A stretch of DNA of 21,309 nt. Origin: an uncultured Deinococcales bacterium. GTDB lineage: Bacteria > Deinococcota > Deinococci > Deinococcales > JAAFIG01. Of the stretch, positions 8,207 to 17,769 are shown in pieces. Position 1 is the stretch's first letter. The number at the start of each line of letters is the position of its first letter. The DNA lies in NCBI GenBank assembly GCA_964247135.1, contig CAXTTL010000063.1:1-21309 (forward strand), read 5' to 3'. A program made the position numbers and the translations under genes. The notes under the pieces were generated by a model. That model was not told the origin of the DNA. It saw nothing but the letters and a program-made list of their open reading frames with translations, and did not search any database.

Positions 8207-9118
8207 TTATGACCCTTGCTCGAGTTCGCCCGTTTTGCCTTGAATGCCATCAAAAATGCCTTTGAATGTATATTTAAGTTTGCGAAATTTATCTTTTTCA
8301 TAAATTATCATGGTTAAAAAATCGCCTAAAAACATCCTCAGCTCCAATCGAAACCAAGACGGATACTGTTTGGCATACATTTGATAGGTCAGTGTGCGAT
8401 TGCGAGCCATGTAGTAACGCCTGATGTGATTGTGGCTGGTCAATGGAAAGTCAATCCACAGCACGCGAGCCATCGATTGTTTGCCAAGGCAATGCGGCAG
8501 CACAAGCTTGCGGGTTAACACCAGTGGCAAGCCAGCGTTGTGGGCGCGAAGGTGAAACTCGGTGTCCACCGCATCGATAAAAAAGTCATCCCTAAAAAAT
8601 CCGATTTTTAAGAAAGTCGCTGCTGGAATTAAATTGCCAGAACTGATGGTGCTCTCGAGCATCACAAAATCACTGTTTGACTTGAAGTGATTGGGAAACA
8701 CGATGCCCGAGTTTTCATCGCGGTAATAGGTGCCGAAAACCCCAATTTCCCCAAAGACTTTTTTTGCCTCGAAGTACATCTCGAGCATCTGATCGACATA
8801 ATTGGCTGGCAAAGTGCTGTCTTGATCAAAGGTCATCACAAAATCACATTTTGACGCCAGCAATGCTCGGGCGCCCAGGTTAAAGGCTGTGGCGATGCCG
8901 AGGTTTTTTGGATTGGTGATTTTGCTAAATTTTATGTCTGGGTATTGTTCAGCAAGGCGCTCCCAGAAATCTTGATCCGATCCATTGTCCACAATGACCA
9001 ATTCACTCACTTGCTCGGCAAGTTTGACAATGTTCTCGAAAACGGCGCTGTCGGGATGGTACGTGACCATGACAGCGCCAATCCGTAAATCTGTTCGATT
9101 TTGCGTCCGATCATTCAC
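8207..9118 (-). CDS. Glycosyltransferase family 2, rhamnosyltransferase (RfbF/RhlC-like)
   Basis: AVMVTYHPD, IVDNGS, NLGIATAFN, TFDQDS, ISSGNL, FFIDAVDTEF, RRYYMARN. GGAGG RBS before the GTG. Confidence 0.88.
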   Translation of the reverse strand: MNDRTQNRTDLRIGAVMVTYHPDSAVFENIVKLAEQVSELVIVDNGSDQDFWERLAEQYPDIKFSKITNPKNLGIATAFNLGARALLASKCDFVMTFDQDSTLPANYVDQMLEMYFEAKKVFGEIGVFGTYYRDENSGIVFPNHFKSNSDFVMLESTISSGNLIPAATFLKIGFFRDDFFIDAVDTEFHLRAHNAGLPLVLTRKLVLPHCLGKQSMARVLWIDFPLTSHNHIRRYYMARNRTLTYQMYAKQYPSWFRLELRMFLGDFLTMIIYEKDKFRKLKYTFKGIFDGIQGKTGELEQGS

Positions 9119-9225
9119 CCCAAATCCTCCTGACAGCGAGCGGTAGTCTAGCAGTTGATGATGACGCTGGCGTTAACCACTTTTGCGCCTCAAATCACAA
9201 AACGCCATCATGTTAAACTTTTTGG

Positions 9226-10098
9226 GTGCTCGAGCATCTCAGTATCATCATTCCCGTGTTCAACGGATGTGCGGTGCTCGAGACAGCCTTGGAAATCCTC
9301 GAGCGGGTTGCGCCAGATGCCGAGATCATCTGTGTCGATGGTGGCAGTACAGACGGCGCCCTTGAACTGATCAAAACAAGACCTTTTGTTCGATTGCTCG
9401 AGGTTAAAAATTTTGGTTGGAGCCATGCGAACAACCGTGGTTTTGAGATTGCCACCAGGAAAATCTTGCTGACCATGAATTCGGATGTGTATGTCAATCG
9501 CCAAGCCCTGGAAACGATGGTTTTCAGGCTTCTCGAGCAACCGCAACTTGGCGCGGTCGGACCTGTGATCAAAAATTTGGATGGCTCGAGACAATGGGTG
9601 TTTGGTTTGCTGTACAGGTTTAATTGGCTTAAAATTATTAATCCAACCCGAGTCAACCTGTTGCACGGCGCTTGTCTGATGACCCGCCGCGATGTGCTCG
9701 AGAAAGTTGGTGGTTTTGACGAAAATTTTTTCTTTTACAACGAAGAATTCGACTGGTGCTGGCGACTGGGCAAGCAAGGATTCACGCTCGAGCTTCAACC
9801 CGTCAGCGTGGTGCATGTGCAGGGCGCAAGTACAGGCAAGCAAAATCCTGACTTTTTGGTTGAACAATTTCGAGGCAGCCTGTACCTGGTTCAAAAACAT
9901 TTCGGGGGTTTGTTGCTCGAGATGACCAGACGCCTGTTTCAACTTTTGGGCTGGATTGGGAAAAACCTTGAAACTCGAGATGATTTGAAATTGGCTTGGG
10001 CTAAAATCGAGCATTTGGCAAAACAACATAAGTATCTCGATTCTCCGCTAACGCTCTCAAAACGTGGTGAGGTGAATTTTGACTCTCGAGAACGCTGA
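9226..10098 (+). CDS. Glycosyltransferase family 2 (WbbL-like)
   Basis: SIIIPVFN, VDGGSTDG, NFGWSHANNRG, MNSD, GACLM, GGFDENFFFYNEEFDWC. TAAACT (9214-9219) 6 nt before the GTG. Confidence 0.88.
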   Translation: MLEHLSIIIPVFNGCAVLETALEILERVAPDAEIICVDGGSTDGALELIKTRPFVRLLEVKNFGWSHANNRGFEIATRKILLTMNSDVYVNRQALETMVFRLLEQPQLGAVGPVIKNLDGSRQWVFGLLYRFNWLKIINPTRVNLLHGACLMTRRDVLEKVGGFDENFFFYNEEFDWCWRLGKQGFTLELQPVSVVHVQGASTGKQNPDFLVEQFRGSLYLVQKHFGGLLLEMTRRLFQLLGWIGKNLETRDDLKLAWAKIEHLAKQHKYLDSPLTLSKRGEVNFDSRER

Positions 10099-10127
10099 AG
10101 ATAATTACGATTTTTTGGTAAGAAATT

Positions 10128-11021
10128 TTATTTGAGCCTTGGATTAATCTTGCCTGTTTGATGATTGATCCCATCTTGAATCCCAACTAAAGTATATTTT
10201 ATTTTTCTTCTTTTATCGCTTTCATAAGCAACAATATGAAAAATTTCTCGAATAAATACCCAGAAATCGGCAAAAAACCAGCTTATGTTGTAAAATCCAT
10301 ACTTGCGATAGTTAATGATACGATTTCGAGCTATAAAATACTTTCGGAATGGACTGTGGACAATTATCGGAATTTGAAAACCCAACAGATTAATTTTGAC
10401 CTCATTTCCCAAACTGTGTTCAATGACCAACGAAGTGTCTTGTATTACTTTCCAACTTTGGGTCTGACAGCGCAAGCAAAATTCAATATCAACACCGTCG
10501 ATAAAGTATTCATCCGCGAAAAAACCAAGATTTTGAAATACTGAGACAGGATATAAACTACCTGAACTGATCCCTTGGCTCACTTCACGAAGTTCCCCAT
10601 CTTTAACGGGTAAATCGATTGATTCGGGATTTCGCCACGATGGCATCAGCACCCCAATCAATCCGAAATGCGATTCTGCCTTTTGAAAAGATGCAATCAT
10701 GTTTTGAACAAATGTAGGTGGAATTCGACTGTCTTGATCAAATGTGAAAACAAATTCGCATCCAGAATCAATCAAGCTTCGCAAGCCAGTATTAAATCCG
10801 GTCGCAATTCCGAGGTTTTCAGAATGCCGAATCAATTTGACCCGAGTGTTTAAAAAGGGCTGAAGCAACAACCCAAACGCTTCACTCGAGCCATTATCCA
10901 CAATGATGAGCAAATCAACCTGAGTTGCAACTCGCTTCAGGTTCTCAATAACGTCTGTGTCAGGTTGAAATGTTACGACCACTGCGCCGATACGGGATGA
11001 AATAACACACGGAGTTGTCAT
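10128..11021 (-). CDS. Glycosyltransferase family 2, rhamnosyltransferase (RfbF/RhlC-like), paralogue of 8207-9118
   Basis: AVVVTFQPD, IVDNGS, NLGIATGFN, TFDQDS, ISSGSL, YFIDGVDIEFC, RKYFIARN. AT-rich. Confidence 0.88.
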   Translation of the reverse strand: MTTPCVISSRIGAVVVTFQPDTDVIENLKRVATQVDLLIIVDNGSSEAFGLLLQPFLNTRVKLIRHSENLGIATGFNTGLRSLIDSGCEFVFTFDQDSRIPPTFVQNMIASFQKAESHFGLIGVLMPSWRNPESIDLPVKDGELREVSQGISSGSLYPVSVFQNLGFFADEYFIDGVDIEFCLRCQTQSWKVIQDTSLVIEHSLGNEVKINLLGFQIPIIVHSPFRKYFIARNRIINYRKYGFYNISWFFADFWVFIREIFHIVAYESDKRRKIKYTLVGIQDGINHQTGKINPRLK

Positions 11022-11218
11022 TCGGCTTCGAGTTTAACAAATTGTGTTGGTTTTGGCTTGCAACTTTAAACTTGAGCGGCATTCAGATCAGTTTTAAAAT
11101 TATCAAGTAACTTCGGTTTGGTTGTTTGGGACATTGAAAACCAAAACCTGAAATCGTTTCATTTCCTTGTTAAGATTGACATCGCGCTCGAGGTCGTCGC
11201 TCGGGGCAAGGAGTATTT

Positions 11219-13477
11219 TTGCACTGGATTTCCCGTCTGAACTCGAGATACCCATATTTGGTGTTGTTGGTCTGGCTTGTCATTTTCGTGATTGCGATTC
11301 CAGTGGCATCCAAAGCAAGCTCGAGGTTTGACGCGTCTGGCGGCGGCGTGCCGAATTCCGAATGGGAACGCGTCACGCGGCTGCTCGGCAGCGAATTTCC
11401 TCGAGCCGACACTGGCGAATCATTTATTCTGGTTTCGGACTCGAGTTTGGGATTTCAAAACCCGCGTTTTTTAGCGCTTTACGCCGCCTTGTTAAAAAGG
11501 TTGAGCGCTTTGAACGGAGTTCTCGAGGCTGTTCGGTTCGACACACCAAATTCTCCAATTCAAGCTTTTGGACAGGTGAAAAATCGTTTTGTCACGGTGA
11601 CCCGCATTTCGGCGCTCTACGGAAATCCGTCTTTGCTCGAGAACATGCGAATTGCGGTGCAAGAGATTGCACCCAAACCAGATACGGTCAAAACGCCCGA
11701 AACCCAGTTTTTAATCACAGGCTCGAGCGCCGTGAACCAAGATTTTGCCAGGTTGACCGAAAGCGACGTGCGGCGCGGCGAACTGACGGCTTTACCGCTC
11801 ACCGCCATCGTGTTGGTCTTTGCTTTTGGCGCTCTGATTGCGGCGGGCTTACCGATAGTGGTCGGCGTTTTCTCGATCACCGTCACCTTGGCTTGCGTGT
11901 ACGTTGTCACGTTCATCATGCCCGTCTCGAGTTTTGCCCAGAGTGTGATCACACTGTTTGGTTTGGGCGCGGGTATCGATTACGCGCTGTTGGTCGTCAA
12001 CCGCTTTCGTGAGGCACTCGAGGGCAATCCCGACCCTCGAGCCGCCGCGTTTGAGGCGACGCGTTCTGCTGGACGCTCCGTGGTGTTTAGCGGCTTGACC
12101 GTGGCGATTGCCATGCTGGGGTTGCTCGTGCCGAACCTGGCACTGGTCCGGTCGATGGGGGTGGCGGGATTACTAACGATTACCGTGACTGTTCTGGTCA
12201 GCATCACGCTGCTTCCAGCGCTACTGGGTTTGCTTGGCGAACGCATCAATTACCCTCGAGCCTTGCAGCGCTTTAGTGAATTGGGGCGCACCGGCGGTTT
12301 CTGGGGTCGTTGGGCGGAACGCGTGATGGCGCACCCGATCATTTGGGGATCGCTTGCCACGGCTTTTCTTTTGCTCTTGGCGGCGCCCGCACTTGGTATG
12401 AAGCTTGGCTACTCGGGCGCCTTTGGTCTTGCGCCAGGCGTCGAATCCCGCAAAGGACTCGAGTTGATTCGACCGCTCGCGTTGGCTGGCAGTTTGGACA
12501 CCTTCGATGTGCTGATCGACCTTGGAAAGCCCAAAGCGTTTAACGCTGAGGCTCGAGCCAAATGGCGGGATTTGGACTCGAGGTTGAATGCTTGGGGCGA
12601 TGTGCAATTGGTCTTGTCCCCATTTTCGACGGTGCGAAATGCGGTGAATTCTGGCTCGAGCAACCCAAGCACAGCCTCAGCGATCAATGCTGCCGGTGCG
12701 TTATCCCAGGCTTTTCTCAGCACAAACCGCCGCTACCTAAAAATGCAAATCGTTCCCAAACAAAACATTCGCACCCAAGATGTCGGCGGTTGGACAGATC
12801 GCATCCGATTGGATGCCAGAAATGCTGGATTCTCGAGCGTCTTGATCGGCGGTGCGCCAAAAAGTTCCTTTGAGATCACCCAAGCGATCACAGGTGCCAT
12901 TCCGATTGCGGTTGGTTTGGTGTTCGCCGCCACGTTTATTGTCTTGGCAGTCGCATTTGGCTCCATTCTGATCCCGCTTAAAAGCATTGTCTTAAACTCG
13001 CTGAGCGTTGCCGCCAGTTACGGCATCATCACCATGATCTTTCAAAATGGTTTTCTCGCCAGTTTTTTCAACGCTCCCAGTGATGTCGGCGCCATCGACG
13101 TCACGCTGCCACTGGTGATGTTCGCCGTGATTTTTGGGCTGTCAATGGATTACGAAATTTTCTTATTGACCCGCATTCAAGAGGGACACCTTGCCGGTTT
13201 AAGCACCCGAGAAGCCGTCAAAATTGCCCTCGAGCGAACGGCGGGTGTCATTACCAGCGCCGCTTTAATCATGGTGATCGTGTTCTCTGGTTTTATTCCT
13301 GGCAGCGTGGTGGTCAACAAAACCATCGGTTTGGGACTCAGTGTTGCCGTGGCGCTCGACGCGACAATTGTGCGCCTGATTCTGGTGCCAGCCTTTATGG
13401 TTTTGGCTGGAAAATGGAATTGGTGGTTGCCAGCCTGGTTACGTCGTGTATTGCCAAAAGTCAAACTCGAGCATTAG
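11219..13477 (+). CDS. MMPL family (RND superfamily) transporter
   Basis: AAGGAG RBS at 11208-11213 before TTG; two membrane repeats with GLGAGIDYALLVVNRFRE and FGLSMDYEIFLLTRIQE; C-terminal DATIVRLILVPA...NWWLP. Confidence 0.93.
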   Translation: MHWISRLNSRYPYLVLLVWLVIFVIAIPVASKASSRFDASGGGVPNSEWERVTRLLGSEFPRADTGESFILVSDSSLGFQNPRFLALYAALLKRLSALNGVLEAVRFDTPNSPIQAFGQVKNRFVTVTRISALYGNPSLLENMRIAVQEIAPKPDTVKTPETQFLITGSSAVNQDFARLTESDVRRGELTALPLTAIVLVFAFGALIAAGLPIVVGVFSITVTLACVYVVTFIMPVSSFAQSVITLFGLGAGIDYALLVVNRFREALEGNPDPRAAAFEATRSAGRSVVFSGLTVAIAMLGLLVPNLALVRSMGVAGLLTITVTVLVSITLLPALLGLLGERINYPRALQRFSELGRTGGFWGRWAERVMAHPIIWGSLATAFLLLLAAPALGMKLGYSGAFGLAPGVESRKGLELIRPLALAGSLDTFDVLIDLGKPKAFNAEARAKWRDLDSRLNAWGDVQLVLSPFSTVRNAVNSGSSNPSTASAINAAGALSQAFLSTNRRYLKMQIVPKQNIRTQDVGGWTDRIRLDARNAGFSSVLIGGAPKSSFEITQAITGAIPIAVGLVFAATFIVLAVAFGSILIPLKSIVLNSLSVAASYGIITMIFQNGFLASFFNAPSDVGAIDVTLPLVMFAVIFGLSMDYEIFLLTRIQEGHLAGLSTREAVKIALERTAGVITSAALIMVIVFSGFIPGSVVVNKTIGLGLSVAVALDATIVRLILVPAFMVLAGKWNWWLPAWLRRVLPKVKLEH

Positions 13478-15204
13478 CCGGCAGAAGATTCCACCAACGC
13501 CCGATACGCGCCCTGAGCCACCATCAAACTCGAGTGTGAACCCTCCTCGATGATTCGACCTTTCTCGAGCACCACGATGCGGTCTGCCTTTTCGATGGTG
13601 CTCAAACGGTGGGCAATGATCAAAACGGTTCTTAAACCGTGCAAATTCTCGAGCGACTCGCGCACCAATGCTTCCGAATGTCCGTCCAGTGCGGCGGTGG
13701 GTTCGTCCAGAATCAGGATGGGCGCACCAGAAACCAGTGCTCGAGCGATTGCCAGTCGTTGCTGCTGCCCACCCGAAAGTCCCGAGCCGCCCTCACCCAA
13801 TACCGTCTCGAGTTTGGCTGGCAGTTGTTCAAGTTCGAGCTTTAAGCCCGATTGTTCAATCGCCTGCCAGAGTTCGGCATCGGTCGCGTTTGGTTTTGCC
13901 AGCCGCAGATTTTCACGAATGCTCATGGCAAAAAGTCCTGGCTGTTGCGGCACGAGCGCGATGGCAGCCCGAGATGCCGCCCGAGTGAAATCTTGCATGT
14001 TCTGTCCGCCCAATTTGATACAGCCCGTTTCAGGCTCGAGCAAGCGCAGCAGCAAACGTGTCAGTGTGGTTTTGCCGCCGCCGCTCGCGCCAACCACGCC
14101 CAGCATTTCACCTGGCTCGAGCCGCAAATTCAGTTGCTCGAGTGCCAGGTTGCTCGAGCCTGGGTAACGCACACTCACGTTCTCGAAGGTCACCGCGCCG
14201 GTCCAACCGGCACTCGGTTTCTCGAGCTTTCCCGTTTCTGGTTCGGGCGTCGTTTGCATGGCGTCGGTGATGCTTCTGGCGGGGTCACGCATGGCGCTCA
14301 AGCGCGAGTACGAATACGCAAAAAGTTGCAGCGGTCCGATCAAAATCACCATCGTCGTCAAATATGTGATCAGCGATGCGCCAGTCATTCGGTTGTTCTG
14401 AATTTCGCCCAAGGCAAACAACACCAGCGTTCCAACGCCCACGCCAACCGTCAATTGCGAAATTGGCGAGTGCATGTTCGACCAAAAACTGCGGCGCAAG
14501 GTGGCTTTGGTCTGCGCGTCATTTTGTATCCCAAAACGATCTTGCATCACTTTCTCGAGCCTGAACGCCTTGATCACCTCAAGCTTCGCCAGACTTTCAC
14601 TCATGGCGCTGGTCGCGCGTTCGGCGGCATTTTGTGTGCCCTCAAAGGCTTTTTGAATTCGTTTGCCGACCAAGGAGTACAAAATCCCGAGCGGCAAAAT
14701 CACCAGCAACAAACCAAAAGTCAAACGCGGGTTTTGCAAAAAAAGCGTTCCAAAAGCAACGATCACCGTCAAACCTTGACCCGTCACGAGCGGCAATTCA
14801 AAGGTCAAAAAGTTCTCGAACTCCCGAATGTCCAAACTGAGCCGCGCCGTCCGACCACCACTCGAGAAACCACCCGCCTCACCAGTTTCGCGCCGCTCGA
14901 GCGCAGAGGCTGCCAGCATCGACTCAAAAACCTTGCCGCGAACCCGCGAGGCGAACGTTGCCCCGCCCAGCGCGAACAGCGTGTTTTGAATGTAAAAGCC
15001 AACGATGCTTAACACCAGCAGCAAAGCGCCCTTGAAGAGCACGCTCGAGATCAGGGCGTATTGCCGTTTTCCGATCACATCGTTAAAAAGAGGTTGCACC
15101 ACAATGGTCGGCAGCAACGGGGTGGCGAACCCGGTGACGAACGAAAAAAACGTGCCAAAAAAAAACAAACGCCATTCGGGGCGAAGGAGAGAGAACAATT
15201 CCAC
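13474..15204 (-). CDS. ABC exporter, fused TMD-NBD half transporter (MsbA-like)
   Basis: N-terminal TM helices; Walker A GASGGGKTT, Q-loop VPQ, signature LSGGQQQR, Walker B ILILDEPT, H-loop IAHRLST. TAAACT box 6 nt before the GTG. Confidence 0.92.
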   Translation of the reverse strand: MELFSLLRPEWRLFFFGTFFSFVTGFATPLLPTIVVQPLFNDVIGKRQYALISSVLFKGALLLVLSIVGFYIQNTLFALGGATFASRVRGKVFESMLAASALERRETGEAGGFSSGGRTARLSLDIREFENFLTFELPLVTGQGLTVIVAFGTLFLQNPRLTFGLLLVILPLGILYSLVGKRIQKAFEGTQNAAERATSAMSESLAKLEVIKAFRLEKVMQDRFGIQNDAQTKATLRRSFWSNMHSPISQLTVGVGVGTLVLFALGEIQNNRMTGASLITYLTTMVILIGPLQLFAYSYSRLSAMRDPARSITDAMQTTPEPETGKLEKPSAGWTGAVTFENVSVRYPGSSNLALEQLNLRLEPGEMLGVVGASGGGKTTLTRLLLRLLEPETGCIKLGGQNMQDFTRAASRAAIALVPQQPGLFAMSIRENLRLAKPNATDAELWQAIEQSGLKLELEQLPAKLETVLGEGGSGLSGGQQQRLAIARALVSGAPILILDEPTAALDGHSEALVRESLENLHGLRTVLIIAHRLSTIEKADRIVVLEKGRIIEEGSHSSLMVAQGAYRALVESSAG

Positions 15205-15269
15205 AGCTCGAGTTTAACAGGTGCGATGGCTTGACAATTGCAAGCTTGAGCTTTGAACTTGAATGGTGG

Positions 15270-16439
15270 TTAAGGGCGTGAAAGCTTCCCAGCAATCACC
15301 GCTCGGGTCGCGCCCGTGGTGTGCGGCAAGGTATTCGTCCAACCTTGGAAGGCGTAATACCCAAGTAACGCAAAGGCGGCGGCTTCACGCGTCGAGCTGT
15401 TAAAACCAAACTCGGCAAATGGCGTTTCCTCGAGCGTTACAACCTTAACGCCCGCCAAACCTTGGCGCATCAAGTTCATCAGGACTGGGTTGAACGTGCC
15501 GCCGCCCGCCACGATCACTTCATCCAAACCATGCTCGAGAATAAATTTTTGGTACGCGTCCGTGATGGTTCGCGCCGAGAATGCCGTGACACTTGAAACA
15601 ATGTCTTTGGGTTCAAGCTCGAAAACGCCCTGCAATCTCTCGAGGTTCCAGACCTCGCGCCCCGTGCTTTTTGGCGGCGGCAGTTGCAGGTATGGGTCTT
15701 GCAACCAGACCTCGAGCAACTGGTTTTCGCTGCGTCCGGTCGCGGCGATCAAACCGTCTTTGTCGAACCGGTGCCCAAGTTTTCCAACCGCTTCGTCGAT
15801 CAAGCAATTGGCGGGTCCAGTGTCAAACGCAATCACTCGTTTTGCCTCGAGTCCTGGCAGGTAGGTGATGTTGGAAATCCCGCCGAGGTTGTGAACCGCG
15901 CGTTTGACGCCTTTCTGGGCAAAGAACACCCGATCTGCAAATGGGACGAGCGGCGCGGCTTGACCGCCCGCCGCCATGTCCGCCGTGCGAAAATCGGAGA
16001 TCACCGGCAGACGCGCGGCTTCGGCAATTAAAGCAGCCTCACCGATTTGCAAGGTCGCTCGGGTGTGCCAGCCTTTGGATTCGTCAAGCCTCGGAATGTG
16101 AAACACCGTCTGCCCGTGGCTGGCGATCAAACCCGCGCCGCTCGAGAATGGTTTTGCCGCTTGCGCGTACACTTCACCCAACGCGAAATGCAGTTGCGCC
16201 AAACTGCTGGTTTTCAATTCGCCGCGCATCGCCTCGAGCACCACAGCGCGTAAATCGTCTGGGTAGGGCGTGTACTGATGCTCGAGCACTCGCCCTCGCG
16301 GGACGGCACCGGACAGCAATGGGGGAGAGCCATTTTCGCCCAAACTTGGGAAGTAAGCTGGAAGCTCGAGCAACACGGCGTCAACACCGTCGGCGCTGGT
16401 TCCGCTCATCAAGCCAAGAATTCGCCTCGAGTTGGACAT
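15270..16439 (-). CDS. anmK: Anhydro-N-acetylmuramic acid kinase
   Basis: LGLMSGTSADGVD, SHGQTVFH, TLQIG, DFRTADMAAGGQAAPLVP, NLGGISNIT, FDTGPAN, PKSTGRE, REAAAFA. TAAACT box 6 nt before the ATG. Confidence 0.96.
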   Translation of the reverse strand: MSNSRRILGLMSGTSADGVDAVLLELPAYFPSLGENGSPPLLSGAVPRGRVLEHQYTPYPDDLRAVVLEAMRGELKTSSLAQLHFALGEVYAQAAKPFSSGAGLIASHGQTVFHIPRLDESKGWHTRATLQIGEAALIAEAARLPVISDFRTADMAAGGQAAPLVPFADRVFFAQKGVKRAVHNLGGISNITYLPGLEAKRVIAFDTGPANCLIDEAVGKLGHRFDKDGLIAATGRSENQLLEVWLQDPYLQLPPPKSTGREVWNLERLQGVFELEPKDIVSSVTAFSARTITDAYQKFILEHGLDEVIVAGGGTFNPVLMNLMRQGLAGVKVVTLEETPFAEFGFNSSTREAAAFALLGYYAFQGWTNTLPHTTGATRAVIAGKLSRP

Positions 16440-16463
16440 GCGATCAGTTTAACCCGAGTCGTT

Positions 16464-17699
16464 TTAGCGCAGTTCGCGCAGGTCTTTTTGTGCGTACATC
16501 CAGGCACCGATCAGAACAATTCCAAGACCGGAAATGGCGATGACGATGTTCGCATCAAAACGATCCAGTAAATATCCAATCAAGGCAAAGCCAAGCGGAC
16601 TGAGGCTGTATGAAATCATGTTCATGATGCTAAAAACGCGTCCACGGTATTCGTCGGTCACGGTCAATTGTACCCAAGTCGGCATAAAAACATTGATCAG
16701 TCCTAAAATAATGTTAATTGAAACCATGCCGAAAATAACAATCCAAATTGAACCCGTAAAACCAAATATACCTGTGATGATCAGACCAACGGCAACATAA
16801 CCCAAAGAAACCAGCAATCCTCGGCGCTTGATGGTAATTGCAGAGGCGAGAAAACTGCCCAAAATAACCCCAATGTTAAGGGCAACGACCGTTGAACCAT
16901 ACCAACTGAAATCAATTTTCAGGATTTTGGTAATGTAAAATGGAAGACCAATAATAATTGATGGCACGACCAGATTGAAAAACGCAATCGAGATTAAATA
17001 AATCATTAAGGCATTGTTTTTGCGGGCATAACGCCAGCCTTCGACCATATCGTTCAGCATACTCGAGGATTTTTGACTGGCTTTTGTGCTCGGAATGTTA
17101 GGGCGAATGAACATCAACGCCAGCGTCATGCCAAAAAATGACAAACCATTAAAAAAAATGGCTCCAGCCGTACCTGCGGTCACAACCAGTAAACTTGCCA
17201 GCGCGGGTCCGGCAATCTGGGCAAAATTGCTGCCAATGCTGAACGAAGAATAGGCGTTTTTGAGCTGATTGGTTTGCACGACACTCGGCAGCATGGCATC
17301 GAAGGCGGGGCTTGAGATGGCGTAAAACGAATTGTTGATAAACGCCACAATGTACAGATGCCAGTATTGCACCAAGCCAGCATAAATCAACCAAGCCAGC
17401 ACCAGCATGATCAAACCTCGAGCAAAATTGGACCAAACCACCAGTTTTTGACGGTTTAAACGGTCTGCCAAAGCGCCGCCGGTGAGGCTCATCAGGACGG
17501 TTGGCAAAATTCCAAAAACGGTCATGCCGCCCGCCGCCAAAGCCGAACCCGTCAATTTGATGATCAGGGCAATACGCGCAATATAATAAATCGAATCGCC
17601 CAAACCCGAAAACGTGAAGCCAGCCCACAAAATTGCAAAATCACGGGTTTTGAACAACTCGAGGTTGGCGCGAAATCCTTTGGGGTTTGCGGAAGTCAT
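16464..17699 (-). CDS. MFS transporter (DHA3/macrolide-efflux-like)
   Basis: About 12 hydrophobic segments; motif A GALADRLNRQK; RDFAILW, QIAGPALA, YRGRVFS. Confidence 0.9.
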   Translation of the reverse strand: MTSANPKGFRANLELFKTRDFAILWAGFTFSGLGDSIYYIARIALIIKLTGSALAAGGMTVFGILPTVLMSLTGGALADRLNRQKLVVWSNFARGLIMLVLAWLIYAGLVQYWHLYIVAFINNSFYAISSPAFDAMLPSVVQTNQLKNAYSSFSIGSNFAQIAGPALASLLVVTAGTAGAIFFNGLSFFGMTLALMFIRPNIPSTKASQKSSSMLNDMVEGWRYARKNNALMIYLISIAFFNLVVPSIIIGLPFYITKILKIDFSWYGSTVVALNIGVILGSFLASAITIKRRGLLVSLGYVAVGLIITGIFGFTGSIWIVIFGMVSINIILGLINVFMPTWVQLTVTDEYRGRVFSIMNMISYSLSPLGFALIGYLLDRFDANIVIAISGLGIVLIGAWMYAQKDLRELR

Positions 17700-17769
17700 G
17701 TTGGAAAACTCGAGGGTATAGACTTGTAAATCTTCACGGTAAAAACGATTCTATCGGAATCATGGGCGG

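Noticed and set aside
4267-15012. Long antisense or alternate-frame ORFs (4267-5496, 5679-6524, 9208-10029, 11362-12012, 13852-15012 and similar)
   Set aside because: They lie over well-supported genes and show no family motifs; they are shadow ORFs.
15157-15165. A9 run near the ABC exporter 5' end as a phase-variation tract
   Set aside because: It encodes Phe codons (LFFFG) in a transmembrane helix, the frame is intact, and similar A/T runs occur in other membrane-protein genes here (e.g. A8 at 17151).
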